DNA from: Antedon mediterranea
Lineage: Eukaryota; Animalia; Echinodermata
Assembly (NCBI RefSeq): GCF_964355755.1
Contig: NC_092679.1
Span: forward strand, 22,117,432 to 22,181,431
DNA: 64,000 nucleotides
Direction: 5' to 3'
The first letter of the stretch is position 1. The number at the start of each line of letters is the position of its first letter. Positions 27,201-39,406 of the stretch are shown here, piece by piece. The translations under genes and the position numbers were made by a program. Under the pieces are notes generated by a model. It was not told where the DNA came from, ran no database searches, and was given only the letters and a program-made list of their open reading frames with translations.

Positions 27201-30200
27201 CAATCAATCAATCAATCAATAATTTTTATTTCTCAAATAAAAACAAAAAACAGTTAACATTTTCTAAAAATAATAGATAATAAATGAGAAAAAGGGGTAC
27301 CCCACAGGAAGCTTAAGCTTTAAAATGTGGGGTCCTGGCAACATAATTAAAGATAAGGTAAGGTAAGAAATATATATAATAACTGATGATGATAAAGATG
27401 ATGATGATGATGATTGGTACAATCATGATGATAATGACGATGGGATATGATGTTGATAACGATGACTACAGTATTAATTAAAATAATGTTACCGTACATA
27501 GTGGACATTTACTACTTCTTATTAACGAATATGATCATAAATTGAATGATGGTCATAAGGTCATAAGGTCATAAGGTCATAAGGATGAGGACGATGATAT
27601 TGATAGAAGTTTTACTTTTAATTTAAAACTAAATATTTCATAGCTGACCACGTTTAGTGGCAACACAATCTTGGTGGAAGAAAATACTTTTGGGAATGTG
27701 TTGGCGGTGTTAAAAACTGAAGATGTTGACTCCACATGGGATGCTTACACATACACAGTTATTGATGACGTACACAACATTATTAATATTATCGATAACC
27801 AAATATATCTATGCCATGTTTTGGATTATGAATTGCAAGACAGGTTAGTACACAGTTATTGATGACGTCATCATCAGTTACTTTCGATAACTAAATATCT
27901 ACGCCATGCTTCGGATTATGAATTACAAGACAGGTTAGTACAAAGTTATTGATGACGTCATCATCAGTTACTTTCGATAACTAAATATCTACGCCATGCT
28001 TTGGATTATGAATTACAAGACAGGTTAGTACACAGTTATTGATGACGTCATCATCAGTTACTTTCGATAACTAAATATCTACGCCATGTTTTGGATTATG
28101 AATTACAAGACAGGTTAGTACACAGTTATTGATGACGTCATCATCAGTTACTTTCGATAACTAAATATATCTACGCCATATTTTGGATTATGAATTACAA
28201 GACAGGTTAGTAGGCCTACACAGTTATTGATGACGTCATCATCAGTTACTTTCGATAACTAAATATATCTACGCCATGTTTTGGATTATGAATTACAAGA
28301 CAGGTTAGTACAAAGTTATTGATGACGTCAACGTCAATTACTTTCGACAAGACATGCAAGGTAATCGATTTGAATTTAATTATTAATCAATCAACCAATT
28401 AAGCAGAGTAGAGGAAAGATCGATTGAATATAACTTAGAACTTACTAAAATTAATGATAATTTTGAATATCAAATTGTTTTTATATAGATATACGGTTAC
28501 CGTAAGATCAACGGATTTAGCAGGAAACTTTATAGACCAGGAACTCACTTTTCAAGTAACTGATGGAAATGATCCACCCACCGGAGTGACGGTATGTATA
28601 CCATAACCACCATAAATGTGCCCATGTATGGAAATTGTATATCGCACTAGTTGAAAGTCTTAGAGCACATTGTTGTTGTGAACCGAGCATTATAGTATAA
28701 TGACGAATATGTTCTGTTTTTTAGATTTCAAACGATAGAGTTTCCGAGAATAGCATTGTTAACACCGCTGTTGGGTTTCTTCAAGCCGTGGACCAAGATA
28801 CGGGGCAGTTATATACATACTCCCTTGTCGATAACGCTCACGGAAGATTCAGGCTCTCGGACAATTTTCTACAAGTAAGACAATTTGAATATTTGTTAGT
28901 TTAAAAACTAAAACTAAAGGTCTATTTTGTACTAGGAAACTTTAACGAACTTTTGTTAGGAAACCTTAAGTTTGGTTAAGGTGTACGACTTCCGTTGCAC
29001 TTTGCCAAAGTTTGTCAACTATACTATTTTACAGACGGCTATGACAAATGTCGAATGCGAACTACTCTTCAACGACGCATGTTTTAACTATGGCACGCAA
29101 ACATACCATGACGTCATAGTATCGGTTCAAGATAACGGTAATCCGATGAAGATCGAGTACCATACTCTCAGAATACACATTGAAGAACCAAGCCAGATAC
29201 CTGTAAATCTACAAATATCATCTAAGGTGATTCAAGAGTCTTCCGCAACAGGTATGTTGTTTTCCTAAATTGTTAGATTAGTGGCAACGAGCTCGGCTGT
29301 CTGATTCTCGATTCGCCAATTACTTTTAGTACGGTGGTACACGCAATTTCATTTAAAGCTCGGTTCCCACTAGGACTCAACGTAAGGACATAGACGCAAC
29401 GCAAGTGAGTTGACCAATCACACGTGACTGTTCGAGTAATCCATCGCTTGAGATTGGACAAATCACTTTGCGTTGCGTTACGTCCTTGCGTTACGTCCTA
29501 GTGGGAACCAAGCTTAACAGAGGTTCGTCAAAGAAAATCCAACGATTGGCAATGTGCCGCAATGCATTACATGAATGAAATTTCTTGGAAAAGTAGACTA
29601 ACTGAATGCTTGACATTATGGGAGCAGGCTGGTTCCTCCTCCTTCCCTCGACTTTATTCCCGCACATTTCCAGTCATATGTTTAACTCTAAGTCATTAGA
29701 AGCGAGCAAGCATTCAAAGTAAGTTCTTGTTTGTTTTTTTTCCAGGTACTGTGATTGGTGTTGTATCCACAGACGACACCAATGAAGGCATTCGGTATGT
29801 CTACAGTCTGATCGACAATTATGGCGGTTTGTTCAAGATTGATCCAACAACTGGTGCCATTATCTTACAAGATTCTACGCGTATTAACTACGCAACGCAA
29901 AGCGCGTATCCAATACAAGTAATGGGTGTTGATCAAAACGACCCGACACATACAGTAGGTCACAACAATGTTTTTTTTTGTCTTTCGTGGGAGCAACCAT
30001 TTTATTTCCTCTCTTTTTTAATTACGTAAGGTATCGATACTCTTACATATAAGTTGACACAATTGATAAGAATGAATGTGTTAAAATGCCAATACAGTAC
30101 TACCAATGTTTGTACCGAAATGAATAGCTCTACATTTTATAATTCCGATCAGTTGTGTAAAATTTACTTTGCAGATCACTAAAGAGTTTGTACTAGAAGT

Positions 30201-33200
30201 ATCCCAGAGGAGCAACTCGCCGTCTACGAGTGTTGCAATCCTATCGACATCCGAGACTGAGAACTACCCCGTTAATGAACCAATCATAGAGCCCGGTACT
30301 CAATCAGGTCGGTATACATACGAATAGATCATTATGATAAATAAGTAAATCTCGATGGTGTAAAGAATAAAGATATACTAAGATCAAGCCAATCTAACAG
30401 TTAACTCGTAACAGTCTTTTGATCTTATGTCTGGCTGCGTCAGTGACTGGACATGTGCAGTTATTGGACATGTGCACGTAAAAACTTGCGGTGCAGTTAG
30501 ACCGGCAAATAAGTTTAAACAATGGTTTTGCTTTGTATTTTTTCAGGCCAAGTAATTGGAACTGTTGTTGTGTATGACTATGAGATTGGAGATGTATCCA
30601 TCGAGGTTGAAGGAGGGAACGGTCTTTACGAAACAAGAAAACTCTATTGCAGTCCAGTCAACGGACATGAAATGGTAAGTTGCAAAATAAAGCATGAGCA
30701 TTTAATAGTTTTATTTTCATCAATTATCGACGATATAAATAGTTGAAACTACATATATATCTGCCATTAGTGAAAACTAATCACACCAGAGTAACGAAAC
30801 ACGATCATAGTATCATGAAATTCAATAAACTATGATTAACATGACAATTTATGTTTTAAAGGGTTACAGAACAGTTTGTGCATATGATTTATACGTCACA
30901 AGCGACTTCACCAGTACGTCAGAAGGGAGTACCATTACAATGGCCTCAACTAACAGCGTTGGTAAGACGACTAGGCATACGTACAACATCGGAGTCGCAT
31001 CAAGTGGTGTACAGGAATCGACGGATGCCATGGTAACTGCGCATGCGACGACTGCACCTCGAGTAACGCCAAATCCACCAGTACGTCTTTTTTTTTATGT
31101 TAAAGGGTATCTCCGGGTTTGGAATTTCTATTGTGTATTAAAATACCTTTGCAACTTATTGTTCGACAAGCGTCGAAGCAGCATGAGCATTGTGAAATAA
31201 GGTTCTTAAAAAAGTTAATGTAGCCGATTATCCACTAGGCGAATTCCAACACTTCGCAGATGAAAAATCGCGTTACCCTTTCCACTACAAGAGTGAATAG
31301 GCCTAAAACTACCAGATTGTTAGGCCCTAAAGTCGAATAAGTTTACAGGAAATAACAAACTCTTACCTTTCACATTTCAGATGTTAGTCTTTTCTGGTGA
31401 TTCTAGTCCGTCAGAATCTCTTTCCAGCAACACGCCAATCGGTTCCATCACAACGACCGATTTCTTTAACCAATACACATACAGAATTGTAGGTGATACA
31501 GATAATATATTCCAATTACAAGACAATGTGTTATATCTATCCTCTGCGGCTCAACTCGATTATGAAACAGCGAGCAGACACGAAGTAACAATACAAGCGG
31601 TCCAGAATGGTAATCCATCGAATACAATACAGATGACGTTTAGCTTTCAAGTGGAGGATACCAATGAAGCTCCCACAAGTATTCATTTTTCAAACAATCA
31701 GGTATACGTCACAAATTCGTTTATGAATATAGCACAGCCGAATTTTGTTTAATCCCAGTGGATACTTTTTGCGATTATAAATACAATGAACTTCCTATGT
31801 CGTTTTAACAAAATATTTCCTTATTTCTATTCTGATAAGATGAAAATATCTTTTCTTAAACGTAGGTTGAATTCGGTGCATCAGTTGGTACCAGAGTTTC
31901 TACTATATCTGTTAACGATCCTGACAATGCTGATGGATTGGTTCAAGATTCGAATTGCTTTATTACCAGTGACGATAGCGGTGTATTCACAATAAATGGA
32001 CATTCACTAGAGGTTTGTAAATACCATAATAGTTGTATACACTTTCACTGTGATCCCGTGTTTAGTCTTAGTTACCCGGGTTGGTCTCAATGGCACGGCT
32101 ACCGCTAACATTGGTAGGTATTAACTTGCACGGGTAAATAACTAAGCATAATTCCTATGTAATATGTTTATGAAGAGTGCTAGAACTAAAGCTGTGTTCG
32201 GACTTCACGTGTAACCTAAATTATTCGTGTAACTCCGACCTTTTGTATTTCCCTCCAAGACAACAAGACCATTAATTCCAGGCCAGTCAATCTACTTCCT
32301 CCAAGTACGTTGTGTTGACAGTGGGACACCAGCGATGTACGTCGATAGTCAGCTTGTTATAGACGTCCTGGTGGACGACCCGATACAAATAGACGTGATT
32401 CTTACGGATTACATACCATTTGAAGAGAACGTTGATCCGTTACCAATTGGAACGTTTCACGTCATAGACGCAGCTACCGGGCAGCCAATCACAGATACGG
32501 TAAGTAATCAATTTTACTATTTCTATTTCGAATTCAATATAGGCCTACTAAGCGCAAATGAGCATACACGGATTTTTCCAGTTTTATTAATTTCAATAGT
32601 TTTTTTAGAAAATAACATATTAAAAACTTCTTATTTTAAAGAACTTTGAATATTTCATGATGTTTATGGGAGAAAGAGTCCCATTGACTGTCGAAGGCGA
32701 TCAGCTTTGGACGACAGGTCCTCTCAATTACGAAGAATTGCCCAAGATTGACGTCACTATTCACGCGCGCGGTACGGATAGTTACGGTCGTGAGTTGACA
32801 ACTGCGCAAGTGTTTCAGGTACGTATTAAAACCATAATTTATTTACAGCAACAGAAAGTTTTCGATTTTAGCCGACCGACGTCATACCTAGGTCAGGTCA
32901 ATCGATGTGTCGTCGGTCGTCAACACATCTTTGCGCAGGTTGTGTTACGTTGCGTCGGTAGTGGGAACCAAGCTGTAGACGTAACTTCAATATATGATCT
33001 TATGTAACCCAGGTTGATGTTTTGGACGTGTGGGAAGAACCAACAACAATTCACTTTGAAACGACAAACACACATATAACTACTGAAAGTAAAAATGGTG
33101 ACGTCATTGGAACTTTTGTCCCAACTGGCGAGGACACAGATTACAGTGACGTTGTGTTTACAGTTACTGGTGTCGAAAGTGCAGGGTAAGTACACATTTT

Positions 33201-36200
33201 ATTATAGTAAAACCTTTATTCACGGGACGTACTCCTATTCAGGTGACATACTCCTATTCAGGGAACATACTCCTATTCAGGTGATGTACTCCTATTCAGG
33301 AAATACTCCTATTCACGAGACACAGTATTCTGTGAGCTTGGGGACAGCGAACGAATGAGGGGTACTGTTCGTGTTTTAACACTGTGGCCAACCCACGGGG
33401 ACATCCTTATTCAGAGGACACATCTATTAGGGGACACTTTCTGTCAAATAAACGAGAGGCAATATGTTGTAACACTGCGAAACCCCACTATTCAGGAGAC
33501 ACTCTTATTAAGGGGACACTTAGTGTAGAAATTATGGACTGTTTAGTCCAGAAAGTGTTCCATTAATAGGGTTATACTGCACATTACAATGCATTTTTTT
33601 CATTTGGAGGCGACACAAGTATTAAAAAAAATCATTACTAATTTTACAGTGACATTACAGACCCAAATCTTCTTGATCTCGTGACAATGGATGGAAACGT
33701 ACTGCGCATGGGCGAAGGAATAGACTACGTTTCGTTCGATGGCGACTCGGAAGAGTACGTCATTTACATCACTGCTTCTAGTACCAGTGATCCAAACTGG
33801 AACACTGAACTTGTACACGAGATGGAGATCTTTAGGATTAACCATCCACCGACAGATATTACAATTGACAATGCTGTGGTATGTTATGATGCGTAAAACT
33901 ATATTTTCAATAACTTTCTACACACAATATTGATGATTCAATTACATAAGCAGGGTTTTGACTTTGTTTAAAGTACCATTGGTTTTCTTATGGTTTCTTT
34001 CTAAAGGTTGGTTCCCACTAGAACGTAACGCAGAGACGTAAACGCAACGCAAGCGTTTTAACCAATGACAAGCGAAGTTATAGACAGTTAGCACTCACAA
34101 GCGAATAAGCCATCGCTTGTGATTGGTCAATTCACTTGCGTTGCGTCGCTAGTGAGAACAACGCTTAATGTAATAAAAAATGTTGTGAGCTTAGCACTAT
34201 ATTTTCAATAACTTTCGACACAAATATATTGGTTATTCGGTACAACTACACAAGCAGAGTTTTGACTTTGTTTAAAGTATCATTGTTTTTTTACTGTTGC
34301 TTTTTAAGGTAATGGAAAATGTTGCGATCGGAACTCATGTAGGATACTTAATGATAGTTGATCCAGATATTGATGAAGAGGCCACTTGCCAGGTTCTAAA
34401 TACAAACCAAGTTCCATTTGATGTAAGACAGATATATAGTTTGGGTGATAATTTTACCAGGGAGTTGATTTTACTTAGACGTTGGAGTCGACACCATGTT
34501 GCTTCAAATATTAATGCATTTTAGAAGTTCGGTGTCGACGCCAGGTTGTTCAAAACATTTCCGTAGACGTTTGGATTCAATGCCAGGTGGCTCCAAAACA
34601 TTGCAGACGTTTCGAGTCGTCGACGCCCGGTCGCGATATTTCTTTTCGTACATAAGTTGAGGACCCCTCGTGAAACGTCACAAAATAAACATGAATATTC
34701 ATTAGTCATATCCATAAGGTGTGACGTAAGAATCGAGCTAACTACAATTCGCTATTGTAAACGATTTCTGTCGAGCCGTCTGTGTAGTCGAGTGGATAAG
34801 ACTATGGACTTTACATGTCGATGTATGGGGTTCGACTCCCATGAGCTACTTCTTTTACTTTATAGTGAGAGAGAGATTATTTGGAGGGTTAGGTTTAGTT
34901 ATATTTAGGAAGTAGTTTGGCTATCTTTCACATGGGGTCCCCAACTTATGTACGAAAAGAAATATCGCCGCCCGGTCACTCCACCACACGTTGATGTAGA
35001 CCTTTGCCTCAATGCCATATCGCTCACAACGCCAGGTGATAGATACAAACTTTAATGTAGACGCTTGGATTCAACGCCATGTGGCTCAAAACGTTTATGA
35101 AGACGCTTGGATTCAACGCCATGTGGCTCAAAACGTTTATGAAGACGCTTGGATTCAACGCCATGTGGCCGGCTCCAAACGTTTATGAAGACGCTTGGAT
35201 TCAACGCCATGTGGCTCCAAACGTTTATGAAGACGGTTGGATTCAACGCCATGTGGCTCAAAACGTTTATGAAGACGTTTTGAACCGACGCCAGGCACGT
35301 CAATACATTCTATTTCTTACAATTTACGTCAAAGCATAAATATTTTGTTTTATTGTTTTAATTTCAGATTGCTGATTCAAACGAGCTTATAACGTCGGGT
35401 CCTTTGGATTTTGAAACCTTTCACATCAATTTGGTTGAGGTAATACATACATTAGGCCTACATTCGAAAATGACCAATTATGGTAATGGCGAGTTAGTGT
35501 TTTGTCTGTTACCACGTCATTTTGTCTTCGCAGATAGAATGCAGCGATTCCGATGGCTTATCCTTGACTAAGACGATCGAAATCAGCATTAAAAATGTTC
35601 TAGAATCTCCAAGCTTTCTAAGTCTAAGCAAACTTGAGGTCAACGAAGACGCACATGAAGGAGAGAGTGTAGGTCAAGTGTACAGCCTCATAGAACAGGG
35701 TCATTGGGTGAGGTACAGCATAGTTCAGGAGGATGTTCCGTTTGACATCGCGGGAAATAACACGTTGGTGCTCACAGATACAGTGAACTACGAAGATGTT
35801 TCAAGATACGATATTACGGTTGCTGCCGAATTGGGAGACAATCCGTCGCTTGTAACTTATGCAAACTTCTCGATCACGGTAAGGCAATCAAACAATCAGA
35901 AGGCTACACTAATACTTTTTTTATATTATATATATTACTTTAAATAATTATATATTAGTTTGTACACTCACATTATCAACTTCATTTCTAGAGCTCTGTC
36001 TACACTATCAAAGTAGTTTGACAAGAAAATGTGATTTGCCTAAATATGGTGGTGATATTTAAAGTAATTTTAATATTTTCAGGTTCAGGATCTTAACGAC
36101 CCACCAACGTCTATCCAGCTCTCTCCAAGTAGCTTTTCCATTCCAGAGAATGCTATTGATGGTACGGTTGTCGGATCTTTCACCACAATAGACGAAGACG

Positions 36201-39200
36201 ATGGACAAAGTCATGAATACCGTATACTATCAGATGTACAATTAACTGGTATGTATTATTAGACATATTTCAGGTATTATGTTGGAAGTTTTTTAGACCA
36301 GAATAGTTGTTATCGCTTCCATTAATGACCTTTACTTTCGGAAAAGAGAGGTAGTAATTTATACAAAAGATTAATATTCGCTTATATCTTCAGTATACAT
36401 GGTTAAGTTCACACAGAACTATGCTTGATGATGATTAACGTTCGTCCTTCCTCTACCATCCCGAAAACTCACTGTTCACACGTAGTACGACGAACACCAT
36501 AAGACAGTATCCATAACGCTTCTAATTCTTTTAGTCAACTGCCAATCTCATATTCCAACGCGATGACTGATTTAAGGTCCATTTACACTTGGCCTCTAAA
36601 ATGTTGATAAGCATCGAATGTATAGTAACTTTTACTAAATCTTTTCTTGAATGTGTCAATATTAGGTGCGTTTCGAATTGAAGGAAACCAACTAGTCATC
36701 GTGGAAGGCAGTGCCATAGATTATGAAAGACATCAATACATTGATCTTCTCATACAAACAGTTGATGATGGAAATCCAGTCCACTCATTTAAGGTATCGA
36801 CCCTAATTGTGTCAATTTGTTCCAGTAATATCTATAAAATTAGAGGGAAATTGCGATTGGATCGATTGGGTATACCGCTGGTGGTGGTGCTAGTTTTCCT
36901 ATGTTTAAACAGTATCTTATCAATAGTTATTTGGTTTAAAAAATAACGGAATAACTAATTAATTCGCTTTTTAATTTCAGGAAATGATACGTATACGAGT
37001 TATTGATACAGGGGAACCACCACAAGACATCATCTACCAAACACCAACACTTCCTGAGAACAGTCCAGCAGGAACATTGGTGACGCGAATTCTGGTCGAT
37101 GATCCAGACAAAAACGAAGAACACACCTGCTCTATCATTAGAACAGACATTCAGTCTGGTCTATTTGACGTAATCAGGACGTCGAATAATGATATTAGGT
37201 TGGTTGTGGCAGAAGGAGGTGATATTGATTACGAGACCAGACCATACCATCGCGTGGAAGTGGAATGTGGAGATGGTTACAACTGGATTCGTAAGGTACG
37301 ACTTGTCATCACTTTAAACCTACCACTGACATCTGGTTACATGAGCGTTCCTTTATGGTTGCATCATTATAACGATAAGAATTGCTTCTTTGTAGACTAT
37401 AACTGTCTTTGTTGATGACGTCAATGAACCACCTGAAGGAGTGGATTTGGCGGGCTCTCATTCGGCACCAATTGACGCAGAGACTGGCTTTGTGGTTGGT
37501 CAATTACAAGTCCATGATCCTGATACGGACCAGCAGCATACGATCTCTGTATCAGGCGAAACTTCAAATTTGTTCAAGGTAAATTGAAATATGAATTTAT
37601 TAACTTCTTGTTTTCGAAATTTGATGAATTCTTTACCTTAATGTCGACTCTGAGCAATAATATTATCGTTTCATTTAGGTTGATGGAAATTCTTTGATTC
37701 TTGCACAAGAATTTCAAGAGGAGTTGATTGACAAGTCGAACCCTTTCCTACAAGTGATACTGAAAGTCGTAGACAACGGCCCTAACATGTTATCAAGAAC
37801 TCAAGCATACACTATTGGCATTACAGGGTTGATAGACTTTGATCTACAAGGAAATGAGGTATCTGAGCTAGCCCTCGTAGGTCAACCGATTGGGCGTTTT
37901 ACGTCCGATTTAGGAGGAGAGTATGAGCCACCTCAATACCGGTTGATGGATGATGCGGATGGCAAGTTCTCCTTAACAGATGATAACATACTGGTTCTTT
38001 CAGATGTAGTGGATTACAGAGAGAGTCCTTATTTATTTTTAGAGGCAGAAATGCAAGTTGGGGATGTTAAAGAGACGAGGGTGTTCCGTGTATCAGTCTT
38101 GTCAGAGGATTCATGCAGTACGGGTTTAGCACAATGCCTTCCTCACTCCTCATGTGTAAGGTTGTCAAAGGCTGAATTTGCCTGTGTGTGCCATCCTGGC
38201 TACAAGGACATCAATAACCAGTGCTTTGCTGTTGATGACTGTGCAACACTTAATGGTAATCCGTGTATGTACAATGCACCGTGTTGGGACGGTGTAAATA
38301 GCTTTAGTTGCGTCTGCTTGATTGGGTATCAAGGAAAGCTTTGCGAGTTGCCACCACTGGATCCATGCAACTCGCAACCGTGTCTCAACGACGGTACGTG
38401 TCTGTACAGTTCCGACTACACACATTACGTGTGCCAATGCAGGAGTAGTTACACCGGAGACAACTGTCAGAATGGAGTAAACGATCAGCCATTGTGTAAA
38501 GACGTTGATTGTGAAGTTGGAGACTGCATCCAAAATGGTGATGACGTCATGTGCCAATGCCCTTCGTCTCATTACGGAATCAAGTGTCAGTTTGCATCTG
38601 GCGTTTGTTCAGATAATTCTTGCAATTCAGACGAATATTGCATTCCTCACATCAGAGCTCCCGATATGTTTATATGTGCGCCGCACTCGGAAAGCGTTGA
38701 TATCAACTTCTTAAATGAAAACTTAGGCTCGGAAACAACAGACCCATTTGTTCAGTATAAATTTAACAGCTTCGTAGAGTCTACGAATGAACTTCCTGAC
38801 CTCTATGTTCTATTTGCTTCAAATACGCCAACCAATGTATCTATCTTGGTGTTCTTCATTATCAATGAAGCTGTAACGTCCGTTCTCGAAGGTGACTACG
38901 TATCATGTGTTTTATACGACAGCTGTGTTGACTCAGGCGCAATAGACGAATTCTGCCCAGATATACTTGATCAATTTGTAAGTCTTTGCGGCCCAGAGAA
39001 AGTTGTCGCTACTGAAGAGACAGGAGATTACCTTTGGATATCTCTGCTTTCACTTTCGCTAGCCTTCTGTTTAATCATCCTCCTTATCATTCTTGCTTAT
39101 AAACGATGTTCTAGAAGGAACTCTGTCATCCACACCTTTGAGCCAATCATAACAAAACAAGAAGGTATACGGTACATCTCCCATTTGCAGCAGAGTATAA

Positions 39201-39406
39201 CAGGATCCTCCAAAGACAACACTTTGACGGGATCGGGAACCAGAATGACGGGCGATTACGAGTATTTCACAGACACTGCTAGACGACCGTCCAGACTGTT
39301 TCGTAGGTCCTTATTCCCAGGTGGCATGGAGAATGCCAGAAGCCAGTCTGATGGCCAGTTGGCACAGCACATGTATGCAAATAGAGAATCAAACAATAGA
39401 TTGTAA
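21272..39406 (+). CDS. Giant type I membrane protein: signal peptide, 27 TSP1-type repeats, EGF, CCP/sushi, about 14-16 cadherin repeats, EGF repeats, TM, cytoplasmic tail of about 100 aa
   Basis: Exon 21272-25390 holds 23 WxxW...RxR repeats. Further exons: 25541-25770, 25887-26157, 26356-26475, 26754-27128 (EGF plus sushi CLANGQWS), about 20 small exons 27644-37578 with cadherin motifs (LDYE, DxD, DxNxxP, ENxxxGT), and last exon 37679-39406 with cadherins, EGFs (CVCLIGYQGKLCE), TM (LWISLLSLSLAFCLIILLIILAY) and stop. Junctions checked in the 5' part are in frame. Confidence 0.85.
26557..26708. mobile_element. MITE family A copy with internal 20-bp triplication
   Basis: AAGCTGTCTACACTATCAAACT left end; CATATCACTACCATATTTGG repeated about 3 times. 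Confidence 0.7.
27751..28350. repeat. 90-bp minisatellite amplified from the 3' end of a cadherin exon
   Basis: Unit TACACAGTTATTGATGACGT...TTGGATTATGAATTACAAGACAGGTTAG; the first copy is the coding exon end and five more copies follow in the intron. Confidence 0.9.
29355..29515. mobile_element. MITE family B (TIR AAGCTTGGTTCCCACTAG), PIF/Harbinger-like
   Basis: AAAGCTCGGTTCCCACTAGGAC ... GTCCTAGTGGGAACCAAGCTT; internal ACGCAACGCAAG...CCAATCAC palindromic arms. Confidence 0.8.
33205..33580. mobile_element. Tc1/pogo-like non-autonomous remnant with CTCCTATTCAGG subrepeats
   Basis: TATAGTAAAACC...GGTTATACTG termini; subrepeats of about 19 bp; related to 13800-13973. Confidence 0.5.
34003..34166. 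mobile_element. MITE family B copy
   Basis: Nearly identical to 61539-61720. Confidence 0.8.
34633..34968. mobile_element. 336-bp non-autonomous DNA transposon (Mutator- or Merlin-like) with 43-bp TIRs and a 9-bp TSD
   Basis: Left TIR GCGATATTTCTTTTCGTACATAAGTTGAGGACCCCTCGTGAAA; the right TIR reverse complement matches 40 of 43 bases. Direct repeat CGCCCGGTC at 34624-34632 and 34969-34977. Confidence 0.9.
34778..34850 (+). pseudogene. tRNA-like sequence (Pol III A and B boxes) inside the TIR element
   Basis: A box TAGTCGAGTGG (34785-34795), B box GGTTCGACTCC (34829-34839), paired T-arm ATGGG-GTTCGACT-CCCAT; anticodon and acceptor stems are degenerate. Confidence 0.65.
35058..35280. repeat. 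42-bp minisatellite (about 5 copies; degenerate copies extend to 34470-34620)
   Basis: Unit TTGGATTCAACGCCATGTGGCTCAAAACGTTTATGAAGACGC. Confidence 0.9.

Noticed and set aside
34778-34850. Functional or suppressor tRNA (loop CTTTACA could be read as a TTA anticodon)
   Set aside because: Anticodon and acceptor stems do not pair properly; it lies inside a transposon.
35052-35339. Repetitive ORFs on both strands
   Set aside because: Products of the 42-bp minisatellite within a cadherin intron.
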